Origin: Clostridia bacterium
Lineage (GTDB): Bacteria; Bacillota; Clostridia; RGIG6154
Length of the DNA: 64,000 nt
NCBI GenBank assembly: GCA_045589295.1
Contig: JAZNOU010000002.1
Location: forward strand, 96,140-160,139
Reading direction: 5' to 3'
Made by a program: the position numbers and the translations under genes. Shown in pieces: positions 51,770 to 62,288 of the stretch. Numbering within the stretch: the stretch's first letter is position 1; every line of letters starts with the position of its first letter. A model generated the notes under the pieces. That model saw nothing but the letters and a program-made list of their open reading frames with translations. It made no database searches and had not been told where the DNA came from.

Positions 51770-52108
51770 TTATTTCTTAAACATAAAGAATACTGCGCCT
51801 AAAATACATAAAAATGCGAAAAAATAGTTGATTGTAAACTTTTCCTTTAAGTAAAGTACAGAAAAAATTGAAAATACCGTGAGAGAAATTACTTCCTGAA
51901 TAACTTTAAGCTGTGCGGCGGTAAAGTAGTTACTGCCTAAACGATTTGCGGGAACCTGGAATATGTACTCAAAAAATGCAAGCCCCCAGCTTACAAGTAT
52001 AACTGCCCACAGCGCCGTGCTTTTGAACTTAAGATGTCCATACCATGCGAAAGTCATAAATACGTTTGAAATAACCAAAAGCCCTATTGGCATAAGAGAT
52101 TGCAACAT
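51770..52108 (-). CDS. DMT-superfamily small membrane protein (DUF486)
   Basis: SNVFMTFAWYGHLK, SWGLAFFEY, QVPANR, QLKVIQEVI. Confidence 0.9.
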   Translation of the reverse strand: MLQSLMPIGLLVISNVFMTFAWYGHLKFKSTALWAVILVSWGLAFFEYIFQVPANRLGSNYFTAAQLKVIQEVISLTVFSIFSVLYLKEKFTINYFFAFLCILGAVFFMFKK

Positions 52109-52297
52109 TAAAATTCCACCTTTTTGTTAAAATTCTTTGTTAATTATACAATACTTTACTTAAAAAATCAATAAAAAGTAAAATCTTGATTAAAGATATG
52201 TTTTATGATAAAATTATTTATCAGAAGTTTTAAGATGCGCTGTGACAAGCAAGATATAAAATACATTAAAGGCACGATAAGAAAACGAGGTAGTAAT

Positions 52298-54031
52298 ATG
52301 CTGAAAAAATTTATAAGTTATTATAAACCGCACAAAAAGATGCTTGCACTTGATATGCTTGCGGCACTTTTAATATCGCTCACAGGTATGGTTTATCCAA
52401 TTGTTACAAATAAAATGCTTAACGAATTTATTCCAAATAAGATGTATAAAACAATAGTGCTTGCAGGGATTGTTGTGCTTGCTTTATATATTGTAAGGCT
52501 GTATTTGAGATATTTTGTTCAGTATTATGGTCACATAATCGGTGTTAAAATGCAGTCTGAAATGAGAATTGATTTGTTTAAGCATTTGCAAAAACTACCG
52601 TACAAGTTTTATGACAACAACGAAACAGGGAGAATTATGACAAGAATTACAAGCGACTTATTTGAGGTGTGTGAGCTTGCTCATCACGGACCTGAAAATA
52701 TTTTAATAAGTGCAGTTATGATTGTTTTGTCATTTACCTATCTTTTGAGTATTGATGTGATACTTACATTGATTATTTTTGCGTGTGTTCCTGTTTTGAT
52801 GATTGTTACCGCGCATTACAGAAAGGCAATGAAAACGGCTTTTGCGGACAGAAGAAAAAGCAATGCAACAATCAACGCGGCGGTAGAAAGCAGTATTACG
52901 GGTATAAGAGTTACAAAGGCATATACAAATTCTGCGTTGGAAGTTGAAAAGTTTAAAAAAGGCGATAAGGAGTTTGTTGATTCATCTAAAATGGCATATT
53001 CTGCTATGGCAAAATTTCATTCCTCAACAACATTTATCACAGATATTTTTAACGTAATTATTTTAATTGCGGGTGGACTTTTCCTTTATTCAGGAAGAAT
53101 TTCATTTGGAGATTATTCAACATTTATTGTTTCTGTTAACTTGTTTATAAACCCCGTAACAACACTTATAGGATTTATGGAGCAGTTCCAAAACGGTGTC
53201 AGTGGCTTTAAACGATTTGTTGAAATTATGGAAGAAGAGCCCGAAGCGGAAAACCACTTAGCAGAAACGCTTGAAAATGTTCAAGGAACAATAGAATTTA
53301 AAAATATTACGTTTTCATACGACAAAACTAAGGAAGTACTTAATAACGTGAGTATGAAAATAGAAAAGGGCAGAAAACTTGCGCTTGTCGGTCCGTCAGG
53401 AGGCGGAAAAACTACAATATGTCATTTGCTCCCGAATTTTTACAAGTTAGAGGACGGGGTTGGTGAAATTTTAATTGATGGGAAAAATATAAAAGATTTA
53501 ACACTTCAATCTGTAAGAAAGAATATTGGCATTGTTCAGCAGGATGTTTTTCTCTTTGCAGGAACAATAAAAGACAACATTTTGTATGGAAATCCCGATG
53601 CAACTGAAGAGGAAATGGTTGAGGCTGCGAAAAAAGCAAATATTCACGAGTACATTTTAACTCTTCCAAACGGATATGATACTCAAATCGGCGAGCGCGG
53701 GGTTAAGCTTTCAGGTGGACAAAAGCAAAGGATAAGTATTGCAAGAGTGTTTTTGAAAAATCCTGCAATTTTAATTTTAGACGAAGCTACAAGTGCACTT
53801 GACAATACAACAGAAGTTTTAATTCAGCAGGCGCTGGACGAACTTTGCAAGGGGAGAACAACTTTAGTTGTAGCACATCGTCTTTCAACTATAAGAAATG
53901 CAGATGAAATTGTGGTTGTAACTGAAGGACTGATTAAAGAGCGCGGAACTCACGAAGAACTTATGGCAAAAGACGGAATGTATAAAGCTTTATATTCGCT
54001 TCAGTTCAGGGATAATGATTTTTTTGAATAA
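52298..54031 (+). CDS. ABC exporter, fused permease/ATPase
   Basis: 6-TM domain, ELAHHGPE, GPSGGGKTT, LSGGQKQR, ILDEATS; start corrected to ATG 52298. Confidence 0.93.
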   Translation: MLKKFISYYKPHKKMLALDMLAALLISLTGMVYPIVTNKMLNEFIPNKMYKTIVLAGIVVLALYIVRLYLRYFVQYYGHIIGVKMQSEMRIDLFKHLQKLPYKFYDNNETGRIMTRITSDLFEVCELAHHGPENILISAVMIVLSFTYLLSIDVILTLIIFACVPVLMIVTAHYRKAMKTAFADRRKSNATINAAVESSITGIRVTKAYTNSALEVEKFKKGDKEFVDSSKMAYSAMAKFHSSTTFITDIFNVIILIAGGLFLYSGRISFGDYSTFIVSVNLFINPVTTLIGFMEQFQNGVSGFKRFVEIMEEEPEAENHLAETLENVQGTIEFKNITFSYDKTKEVLNNVSMKIEKGRKLALVGPSGGGKTTICHLLPNFYKLEDGVGEILIDGKNIKDLTLQSVRKNIGIVQQDVFLFAGTIKDNILYGNPDATEEEMVEAAKKANIHEYILTLPNGYDTQIGERGVKLSGGQKQRISIARVFLKNPAILILDEATSALDNTTEVLIQQALDELCKGRTTLVVAHRLSTIRNADEIVVVTEGLIKERGTHEELMAKDGMYKALYSLQFRDNDFFE

Positions 54032-54034
54032 TAT

Positions 54035-54066
54035 AAGAGCACACCTTTAAAGGCGTGCTCTTTTTT
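54035..54066. terminator. Terminator between convergent genes
   Basis: AAGAGCACACCTT-ta-AAGGCGTGCTCTTTTTT. Confidence 0.8.
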
Positions 54067-54080
54067 ATTGCTTAAAATTA

Positions 54081-54965
54081 TTATTTGTCTTCTTCAATAA
54101 TTCCTTTAAGTGATGCGGCAAGACCTGCGAGCGATTGGATTTCTGACGGGATAATAATTTTCGTTGATTTCCCGTCGGCAACCACTTGGAGCGCTTCTAA
54201 ACTTTTTACTGCAATAACACCTTGGCTTGGCGAGGCATCATTTAACATTTTAATACCTTCTGCAGTAGCGTTTTGTACTTTTAATATTGCCTCAGCTTCA
54301 CCTTCTGCTTTTTTAATAGCAGATTCTTTTTGTGCTTCAGCTGCTAAAATTGCGGCTTCTTTCTGACCTTCTGCGACTAAAATAGCTGATTTCTTTTCAC
54401 CCTCTGCAATCAAAATCGCTTCACGTCTTTCACGCTCGGCTTTCATTTGCTTTTCCATAGCATCGCGGATTTCTTTAGGTGGCAAAATATTTTTAAGTTC
54501 AACACGGTTGATTTTTATACCCCATGGGTCTGTTGCTTCGTCCAAAATAGCACGCATTTTGGTGTTAACAATTTCGCGTGATGTGAGAGTTTCATCAAGC
54601 TCTAAATCACCGATAATGTTACGAAGTGTGGTAGCTGTTAAGTTTTCAATAGCAGACATTGGGTGGTTTACACCATAGGTATACATTTTAGGGTCGGTAA
54701 TCTGATAGTATACAACTGTGTCAATCTGCATTGTAACGTTATCTTTTGTTATAACCGGCTGTGGTGCAAAGTCAACAACCTGTTCTTTTAAAGAAACTTT
54801 TTTTCTTACCTGTTCAATGAACGGAATTTTGAAGTGAAGACCTACATCCCATGTGGCGCTATACGCCCCGAGGCGCTCTACAACATAAGCTTCTGCTTGT
54901 GGAACAATTTTAATATTTGCAACTATTATTACTATTGCAAGGAAAAATAAAATTAATAATATCAT
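54081..54965 (-). CDS. SPFH/band 7 (stomatin-like, QmcA) protein
   Basis: VVERLG, QPVITKDNV, TTLRNIIG, WGIKINRVE, MEKQMKAERERR. Confidence 0.93.
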   Translation of the reverse strand: MILLILFFLAIVIIVANIKIVPQAEAYVVERLGAYSATWDVGLHFKIPFIEQVRKKVSLKEQVVDFAPQPVITKDNVTMQIDTVVYYQITDPKMYTYGVNHPMSAIENLTATTLRNIIGDLELDETLTSREIVNTKMRAILDEATDPWGIKINRVELKNILPPKEIRDAMEKQMKAERERREAILIAEGEKKSAILVAEGQKEAAILAAEAQKESAIKKAEGEAEAILKVQNATAEGIKMLNDASPSQGVIAVKSLEALQVVADGKSTKIIIPSEIQSLAGLAASLKGIIEEDK

Positions 54966-54976
54966 ACTAACACTCC

Positions 54977-55411
54977 TTATTTAACTATCAGGTGAACACC
55001 TTCGATTTTCTCAACTGTTACAAGTGAATTCTGTGGCACAGTCGAAGAATTTAAAGACCTTGCTGACCAGACTTTTCCGCCAACCTTGACCTGACCTTTT
55101 CCTTCTATCTGGTTTATTTCCTCAATAACAATTCCTTGCTGACCGATTACAAGGTCTGCATTTGTTTTTGTGTGACTTTTGGTTAGCTTATTTTTAACAA
55201 GAGGTCTTGTTATAAAAAGAGCTATGGCAGAAACTACAATAAATATTATTATCTGATATACAAAACCTATACCAAAATATGATGATATAAGTGCAGCTAA
55301 AGCTCCGGCTGAAAACCAGATTGTAACAAGTCCTGCAGTTAATGCTTCTATCACAAAAGTAAGCACTAAAACAATGAGCCATAATGTTTGATATGCGATA
55401 GGAAAATTCAC
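54977..55411 (-). CDS. NfeD family protein
   Basis: N-terminal TM helices, TNADLVIG, GQVKVGGKVWSARS; paired with SPFH gene. Confidence 0.92.
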   Translation of the reverse strand: MNFPIAYQTLWLIVLVLTFVIEALTAGLVTIWFSAGALAALISSYFGIGFVYQIIIFIVVSAIALFITRPLVKNKLTKSHTKTNADLVIGQQGIVIEEINQIEGKGQVKVGGKVWSARSLNSSTVPQNSLVTVEKIEGVHLIVK

Positions 55412-55530
55412 AAAATCACTCCTTTCTTAATGAAAAGTATATCATAAAACATACTAATTTGCAATAATGTGTTTTAATGTGGAAAACATAGGAAGTTTAT
55501 GACGTTTAAAAGTTTTATTTTACAGAACAG

Positions 55531-55563
55531 TTGACATAATTTTTCAAAATTGTAGGTTATAAT
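55531..55563 (+). promoter_or_regulatory. Spo0A-dependent-type SigA promoter of spoIIE
   Basis: TTGACA-N21-TATAAT (over-long spacer). Confidence 0.75.
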
Positions 55564-55595
55564 TTGAGGTAAAGTAAGCTTTAAGGCGGGTTTTT

Positions 55596-57920
55596 ATGTA
55601 TCAAAGAGCAATTATACATATTAAAAATAAAATATTAAACTTATTCAAAAGCATAAGACTGAACGAAACCATAATGCTTTTTACAGGACTTTTGCTCGGT
55701 GGGGCAAATGCGTTTGAGGGAATAGGAATATTTGGTGTTGTGTGCAGTATCTGCTATATGAAAAAAGGGTTTAAGTCATTTAGTGTGCTTTTCCCCGTTA
55801 TAGGATACACGCTCATTTATCAGGGAGCGTTTAAAATGAAATATATTGTATCCTGCCTTTTTTTATGTGTCTTAAGAGAAATTTTACATAAAGTTAAAAA
55901 GGACAAGTTGTTTGGAATTCTGTCATTTGCGGTGTATCCCTTAATTGCTTTAACAGAAACGGTTATTTTGGGATTCAGTATGTATGATATGTTCCTGCTT
56001 TTTATTGAATGTTCAGTGCTTTTGGTTTTTTCGTTGTTTTATGAAAGATTTTTAAATTATTTTTCTTCAAAAACATTAAGAAGGACTATGAAACAAAGCG
56101 AGCTTTCAGCGATTATACTTGTAGGCGCTGTTTGTATGACAGCTTCAGGCGATGTGGAATTTGTACTAGGGATAAATCCTGCCGGAGTGATAGCCGCATT
56201 TATAATTATGTTTTGTGCGCTTAAGTTTTCGCTTGGCGTTACCGCAATTTCAGGAATAATTCTGGGACTTTGTGTGGCAGTTGCAAATAAAAATATGATT
56301 TTTTGCATAGGGTCTTATGCGATTTCTGCGCTTTTTGGCGGGCTTGCAAAAAAATATGGAAAAGCGGGAATTGTGCTTACATTTATAATAACAAATGCAT
56401 TGATTACTTTTTATGTGAATGGGTCAACTGAAGTTTTGATTAATCTTTTTGATGTTTTAGTAGCGGCACTGGTGTTTGCAATTTTACCTAAAGCGGCTTT
56501 TGATACAGTTAAAGACAACCTGATGCTTTTGATGGCAACAGACAGTACAAGGGAGGCAAGAAGACTTGGGGTAATTAAAGAATTTACATACGAAAAAATG
56601 AATAGGCTGTCTGCTGCATTTAAAGGGCTTGCAGATTCTTTGAAATTCAGCGAAAGTAAAAAGCTCAAGCCAAAAGATGAAATAAAAATGCTTAGCTTTA
56701 ATGTGGCTGAACGTGTTTGTAAAAGATGCAAAAATTCGGGATACTGCTGGGGCAAAAAGGAAGAAGAAACTTTCTTTGCGTTAACTAATCTTTTGACGGC
56801 GATAGAGCGAAGGGGATGGGCAGAAAACTATGATTTGCCAAACTCTTTTAAAAATATGTGTTTCAACAGTCAGGCGCTTGTGTTGGAAACCAACAAGGTT
56901 TATGAACTTTACAGGGTTAATATGGTGTGGGAAAACAAGCTTGCCGAAAACAAAGCGGTTATTTCTGACCAGCTTGAATCAATGAGTGAAATCGTAAAAG
57001 ATATGGCATCAGAACTTAAGGAGAGCTTTTGTTTTGAAACAAATATAGAGAAAAATATTATAATGCTTTTAGACGAGCTTGGAATAAAAATTAAAGAAGT
57101 TTTGGTAATACCTGATAAGAACAAACGCCTTACCGTTTCGGTTATTGTTAAAAACTGCGATAAAAAATTTGCCTGCGAAAAAATTATGCTTACAGCGATA
57201 GAAAAAGTTACGGGTAAAAAGATGAAGGCAAGTCACAGTTCTTGTAGCGAAGGACTTTGTGCGGTTAAATATGCCGAAAAAGAAAACTTTTCGATAGATA
57301 CCGCCGTTTCAAGAGTACGCCCCGAAAACGAAACTGTAAGCGGTGACAGTTATGCAGTTATTACTCCTGGCGAGGGAAAAACAATAATTGCATTAAGTGA
57401 CGGAATGGGAGTGGGACAAAAGGCAGCAGAAGAAAGCAGGGCGGCAATAGATTTATTGGACAAACTTTTAAGTGCGGGAATTGAACGTGAGGCGGCTATA
57501 AATCTTATAAATTCCGTACTTATTTTAAAAGCCTATGATGAAAGTTTTGCTACACTTGATATGCTTGTTTTTGATATGTACACCGGAACAGGCGAATTTA
57601 TAAAAACAGGAGGCGTTGCGTCTTATATTAAACGTGGTAAAAATGTTATCACGGTAAACTCAGGCAGTTTGCCAACAGGAATAATAGGTTCGTGTGAGGC
57701 AAGTAATTATAAAATTTCACTTAAGACAGGCGATGTTGTTGTAATTCTATCAGATGGAGTTATTGATGCTTTAAGGGGGGACAGTTTAATAATTGACACA
57801 CTAAAAAGTTCTGAGACAGCTGATATGAAAGAGCTTTCTGATCTTATTATGTCAAAGGCTACGCAAAAAATGGTAAGACCTAAAGATGATATGACTGTAA
57901 TTTGTTCGTTAATACATTAA
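55596..57920 (+). CDS. spoIIE: Stage II sporulation phosphatase SpoIIE
   Basis: About 10 TM helices, VCKRC...CW, SGDSY, LSDGMG, FATLD, SDGV, DDMTV PP2C motifs. Confidence 0.92.
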   Translation: MYQRAIIHIKNKILNLFKSIRLNETIMLFTGLLLGGANAFEGIGIFGVVCSICYMKKGFKSFSVLFPVIGYTLIYQGAFKMKYIVSCLFLCVLREILHKVKKDKLFGILSFAVYPLIALTETVILGFSMYDMFLLFIECSVLLVFSLFYERFLNYFSSKTLRRTMKQSELSAIILVGAVCMTASGDVEFVLGINPAGVIAAFIIMFCALKFSLGVTAISGIILGLCVAVANKNMIFCIGSYAISALFGGLAKKYGKAGIVLTFIITNALITFYVNGSTEVLINLFDVLVAALVFAILPKAAFDTVKDNLMLLMATDSTREARRLGVIKEFTYEKMNRLSAAFKGLADSLKFSESKKLKPKDEIKMLSFNVAERVCKRCKNSGYCWGKKEEETFFALTNLLTAIERRGWAENYDLPNSFKNMCFNSQALVLETNKVYELYRVNMVWENKLAENKAVISDQLESMSEIVKDMASELKESFCFETNIEKNIIMLLDELGIKIKEVLVIPDKNKRLTVSVIVKNCDKKFACEKIMLTAIEKVTGKKMKASHSSCSEGLCAVKYAEKENFSIDTAVSRVRPENETVSGDSYAVITPGEGKTIIALSDGMGVGQKAAEESRAAIDLLDKLLSAGIEREAAINLINSVLILKAYDESFATLDMLVFDMYTGTGEFIKTGGVASYIKRGKNVITVNSGSLPTGIIGSCEASNYKISLKTGDVVVILSDGVIDALRGDSLIIDTLKSSETADMKELSDLIMSKATQKMVRPKDDMTVICSLIH

Positions 57921-57938
57921 CTTTATTATTATATTAAG

Positions 57939-57967
57939 TTGACATATTTCTCTAAAAATTGTATAAT
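57939..57967 (+). promoter_or_regulatory. Consensus SigA promoter of fba
   Basis: TTGACA-N17-TATAAT. Confidence 0.85.
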
Positions 57968-57997
57968 AATTACAGAATTTAATTGGAGGGTTTAAAT

Positions 57998-58861
57998 ATG
58001 TTAGTATCAGCTAAAGAAGTTTTGGCAAAAGCAAAACAAGAAAAATATGCAGTAGGTCAGTTCAACATTAACAATTTAGAATGGACTAAAGCTATTTTAA
58101 TGACTGCTCAGGAATGTAATTCACCTGTAATTTTAGGTGTTTCAGAGGGTGCAGGAAAATATATGTGCGGCTTTAAAACAGTTGCAGATATGGTTAAAGC
58201 AATGGTAGAATCATTAGGAATTACTGTTCCTGTTATTCTTCACCTTGATCACGGCAGCTATGAAGGCGCTAAAAAAGCTATTGAAGCAGGTTTTTCTTCA
58301 GTAATGTTTGATGGTTCACACTATGGTATTGAAGAGAACATTCAAAAAACAAAAGAAATTATTGAACTCGCAAATTCAAAAGGTATTTCTGTTGAAGCAG
58401 AAGTTGGTTCAATCGGCGGTGAAGAGGACGGCGTTGTAGGCGCTGGAGAAGTTGCAGATCCTGCTGAATGCAAAATGATTGCAGATTTAGGTGTTGATAT
58501 TTTAGCCGCAGGTATTGGTAACATTCACGGAAAATATCCTGCAAACTGGGCAGGTCTTAATTTTGAAGTTTTAGCTGAAATCGAAAAAGCTACTTCACCA
58601 ATGCCATTAGTTCTCCACGGTGGTACAGGTATTCCTGCTGATATGATTAAAAAAGCTATTTCACTCGGTGTTTCAAAAATTAATGTTAACACAGAATGTC
58701 AGCTTGCTTTTGCGGAAGCTACAAGAAAATATATTGAAGCAGGTAAAGATTTAGAGGGCAAAGGCTTTGATCCAAGAAAATTGCTTGCTCCGGGATTTGA
58801 GGCAATCAAAGCAACAGTTAAAGAAAAAATGGAACTTTTTGGTTCAATTAACAAAGCGTAA
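57998..58861 (+). CDS. fba: Class II fructose-bisphosphate aldolase
   Basis: AVGQFNINN, LHLDHG, SVMFDGSH, GNIHG, LVLHGGTG, KINVNT. Confidence 0.96.
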   Translation: MLVSAKEVLAKAKQEKYAVGQFNINNLEWTKAILMTAQECNSPVILGVSEGAGKYMCGFKTVADMVKAMVESLGITVPVILHLDHGSYEGAKKAIEAGFSSVMFDGSHYGIEENIQKTKEIIELANSKGISVEAEVGSIGGEEDGVVGAGEVADPAECKMIADLGVDILAAGIGNIHGKYPANWAGLNFEVLAEIEKATSPMPLVLHGGTGIPADMIKKAISLGVSKINVNTECQLAFAEATRKYIEAGKDLEGKGFDPRKLLAPGFEAIKATVKEKMELFGSINKA

Positions 58862-58871
58862 GTTAGATGTT

Positions 58872-58902
58872 AAAGAGGATGTAAAATTACATCCTCTTTT
58901 TT
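58872..58902 (+). terminator. fba terminator
   Basis: AAAGAGGATGTAA-aa-TTACATCCTCTTTTTT. Confidence 0.88.
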
Positions 58903-58950
58903 GTTTGCACAAATCGCATATAAATTGGTTGTTTTGCAGACAATACAATA

Positions 58951-59025
58951 ATGTTTCAGGAAAAAAGTCTGTGCCCAAACCTAATTAAGTAATTTAAAAA
59001 CATTCGTATATACGGATGTTTTTTT
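58951..59025 (+). ncRNA. Candidate forespore sRNA (or leaderless 13-aa peptide)
   Basis: SigF/G-like GCATA-N15-GCAGACAATA upstream; own terminator 58996-59025. Confidence 0.4.
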
Positions 59026-59092
59026 CTTTTTGAATATTTTAAGTAATGCGGGAAAAAATACTAAAGAAAAATTTTAAAGAGGCGGTGAATTT

Positions 59093-60319
59093 ATGGGTAA
59101 TTCAGAAATTGAAGTTTATTCCGAAATAGGCAGACTTAAAAAAGTGATGTTGCACAGACCGGGAAGAGAACTTGAAAATCTTATGCCCGAATATATCGAA
59201 AGACTGTTGTTTGACGATATTCCATATCTTGAAATTGCAAGGCAGGAGCATGATGCTTTTGCAGAGATTTTAAGAAAAAATGATGTAGAGGTTGTTTATC
59301 TTGAGGATTTGGTTGCTGAGTCTATTTTAAATGATGACATCAAAGACCAGTTTATAAGAGAATACCTCTTTGAAGCGGGGATAAGAGGTGCTAAACGCAC
59401 ACAGATGTATATTGATTATTATAAGCAGTTCAGCACTAAAAATATGATAATCAAAATGATTGAGGGCTTGAGAAAAACAGATATTTCGTGGTACGGCAAA
59501 AAAAATCTCGTGGATTTTTTAGATGACGAGTATCCGTTTTTGATAGATCCAATGCCAAACCTTTATTTCACGCGTGACCCATTTGCAAGCATAGGTCACG
59601 GAGTTACCATTCATAAAATGAATACTAAAACAAGAAACAGAGAAACGCTTTTGGCAAAATATATTTTTAAGTACAACACAAATTACAGAAATACAGAAGT
59701 GTTTTACGACCGAAGCGAAGATTCTTCATTAGAAGGTGGAGATATTTTGGTGTTAAATCATGAGGTTGTAGGTGTTGGTATTTCTGAGAGAACACATCCT
59801 AACGCTATCGAAATGCTTGCAAAAAAACTTTTGTCAACAGACAATTCATTTAAAAAAGTTCTTGCTTTTGATATTCCTAAATCAAGAAGCTTTATGCATT
59901 TAGATACCGTGTTTACAATGGTGGACTATGATAAGTTTACAATTCATCCAAACATCACTGAAGATATAAAGCTTTTTGTTCTTGAAATGGATGCAAATCA
60001 CAAAATAAAGATTACCGAAGAAAATGACAAGATAGAAGAAATCTTAAAAAGACATTTAAATCTTGATCAGGTAACACTTATAAAGTGCGGTGGTAACAGT
60101 GTTATAGATGCTGCACGTGAACAATGGAATGATGGCTCAAATACCTTTGCCATTGCACCGGGTAAAGTGGTAGTTTATTCAAGAAACTATGTAACAAATC
60201 AGGCACTTAAGGAAAATGGCATTGAGGCAATAAGTATGCCAAGTTCAGAGCTTTCAAGGGGCAGGGGCGGTCCAAGATGTATGAGTATGCCTTTAGTAAG
60301 AGAAAATTTGCATAAATAA
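59093..60319 (+). CDS. arcA: Arginine deiminase
   Basis: SEIGRLKKVMLHRPG, LFDDI, PMPNLYFTRD, EGGD, MHLDT, GRGGPRCMSMP. Confidence 0.97.
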   Translation: MGNSEIEVYSEIGRLKKVMLHRPGRELENLMPEYIERLLFDDIPYLEIARQEHDAFAEILRKNDVEVVYLEDLVAESILNDDIKDQFIREYLFEAGIRGAKRTQMYIDYYKQFSTKNMIIKMIEGLRKTDISWYGKKNLVDFLDDEYPFLIDPMPNLYFTRDPFASIGHGVTIHKMNTKTRNRETLLAKYIFKYNTNYRNTEVFYDRSEDSSLEGGDILVLNHEVVGVGISERTHPNAIEMLAKKLLSTDNSFKKVLAFDIPKSRSFMHLDTVFTMVDYDKFTIHPNITEDIKLFVLEMDANHKIKITEENDKIEEILKRHLNLDQVTLIKCGGNSVIDAAREQWNDGSNTFAIAPGKVVVYSRNYVTNQALKENGIEAISMPSSELSRGRGGPRCMSMPLVRENLHK

Positions 60320-60338
60320 AAAAAGGAAGGTTTAAAAA

Positions 60339-61331
60339 ATGGCTGTTAATTTAAAAGGTAGAAGTTTTTTAACTTTAATGGACTTTTCAAGTCTTGAAAT
60401 AAGATATTTGCTTGATTTAGCACATGATTTAAAAGCTAAAAAAAGAATGGGCGTAAAAGAAAAATGTTTGTGCAACAAAAACATTGTTCTTTTGTTTGAG
60501 AAAACTTCAACAAGAACAAGATGTGCGTTTGAAGTTGCGGCACACGAAGAAGGAGCACATATAACATTTTTAGATTCAGGCAGCTCACAAATGGGTAAAA
60601 AGGAATCTTTGGAAGATACTGCAAAAGTGCTGGGCAGATTTTTTGATGGAATTGAATACCGCGGTTTCGATCAAAAGGTGGTTGAAGATCTTGCAAGACA
60701 TTCAGGAGTTCCTGTTTTTAATGGTCTTACAGACGCAGATCACCCAACCCAGATTTTAGCAGATATGATGACGATGGAAGAACACATCGCAAAACCGCTT
60801 TCAGATTGTAAAGTTGTATTTGTGGGCGACGTAAGAAACAATATGGCATACGCTTGGATGTATGGTTGTGCAAAAATGGGTATGCACTTTGTTGGTTATG
60901 GCCCTGCTGAGCTTATCAGCGATATTGACAAAAATGTTTTGGAACAGGTAAAAGGTATATGCGACAAAACAGGAGGAAAGATTACTCTTTCTGCGGAAGC
61001 GGACTGCTTAAAAGACGCTGATGTGATTTATTCTGATATATGGGCATCAATGGGAGAAGAAGATTTAATTCCTCAAAGGGCAGAACTTTTAAGTCCGTTT
61101 AGAGTAACTAAGGAAATGATGGAAAAAACCGGAAACAAAGATGTTTTGTTTATGCACTGCTTGCCATCATTCCATAATTTTGAAACAACTCTTGCAAAAC
61201 AGTGGAATGAAAAAGGTGTAGATATACGAGAAGTAACAGATGAAGTGTTTAGGAGTAAAAATTCTGTTGTTTTTGATGAGGCAGAAAACAGAATGCACAC
61301 AATTAAAGCCGTAATGGTTGCAACAGTGTGA
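60339..61331 (+). CDS. arcB: Catabolic ornithine carbamoyltransferase
   Basis: STRTR, HPTQ, WASMGE, HCLP, AENRMHTIKA. Confidence 0.96.
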   Translation: MAVNLKGRSFLTLMDFSSLEIRYLLDLAHDLKAKKRMGVKEKCLCNKNIVLLFEKTSTRTRCAFEVAAHEEGAHITFLDSGSSQMGKKESLEDTAKVLGRFFDGIEYRGFDQKVVEDLARHSGVPVFNGLTDADHPTQILADMMTMEEHIAKPLSDCKVVFVGDVRNNMAYAWMYGCAKMGMHFVGYGPAELISDIDKNVLEQVKGICDKTGGKITLSAEADCLKDADVIYSDIWASMGEEDLIPQRAELLSPFRVTKEMMEKTGNKDVLFMHCLPSFHNFETTLAKQWNEKGVDIREVTDEVFRSKNSVVFDEAENRMHTIKAVMVATV

Positions 61332-61340
61332 GGTAGTACT

Positions 61341-62276
61341 ATGAAAAAAGTCGTAATAGCATTGGGTGGGAATGCCCTAGAGGACAAAAGTCTTCCACCC
61401 ACTGCCGAATCACAGTTAAAAGTAGTAAAAGAAACTGCAAAGCACCTTGCAAGTATAAGCAATGCAGGATATGAACTTGCGATTGTTCATGGCAACGGTC
61501 CGCAGATAGGAAGAATTCTGCTAGCATCAGAAACTGCAAAAGACGTAACACCTCCAATGCCGTTTGATGTATGCGGTGCAATGAGTCAGGGTTACATTGG
61601 CTATCATATCCAGCAGGCTTTGTATGACGAACTAAAAAAAAGCGGGCGGAATATTCCTGTAGTTACAGTTATTACTCAGGTGTTGGTTGATAAAAATGAT
61701 CCCGCATTTTCAAATCCAACAAAACCCATTGGTCCATTCTACAGTCAGCAGGAAGCAAGTGTTTTGGAACAGACCAAGGGGTATGTAATGAAAGAAGACA
61801 GCGGTAAAGGCTTCAGACGTGTAGTTCCATCGCCAAAACCTATAGGTATTGCTGAAATCGGAACGGTTAAAAATCTGTGGGATAGCACAATAACTATAGC
61901 TTGCGGTGGCGGAGGTATTCCGGTTGTAAGTGACGAAGATGGCAATTTAAAGGGTATTGCAGCTGTAATTGATAAAGATTTTGCGGCAGAAGAACTGGCT
62001 GAAGAAATGGATGCAGATATTTTAATGATTTTGACTGAGGTCGATAACGCTGCAATAAATTTCGGCAAACCGGAACAAAAAAACCTTGAGAAAGTAACCG
62101 CGTCCGAAATGGAAGAATATATAGCTCAAAATCATTTTGCACCGGGAAGTATGCTCCCAAAAGTCGAAGCGGCAGTTAAATTTGCAAAATCAAAACAGGG
62201 AAGAAAAGCGATAATAACATCGCTTTACAAAGGCGTTGAAGCTCTTAATGATAATGCAGGAACGCATATTGAATAG
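61341..62276 (+). CDS. arcC: Carbamate kinase
   Basis: ALGGNAL, HGNGPQ, PTKPIGPF, GGGGIPV, IDKD, GSMLPK. Confidence 0.97.
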   Translation: MKKVVIALGGNALEDKSLPPTAESQLKVVKETAKHLASISNAGYELAIVHGNGPQIGRILLASETAKDVTPPMPFDVCGAMSQGYIGYHIQQALYDELKKSGRNIPVVTVITQVLVDKNDPAFSNPTKPIGPFYSQQEASVLEQTKGYVMKEDSGKGFRRVVPSPKPIGIAEIGTVKNLWDSTITIACGGGGIPVVSDEDGNLKGIAAVIDKDFAAEELAEEMDADILMILTEVDNAAINFGKPEQKNLEKVTASEMEEYIAQNHFAPGSMLPKVEAAVKFAKSKQGRKAIITSLYKGVEALNDNAGTHIE

Positions 62277-62288
62277 AGGTAGACAACT

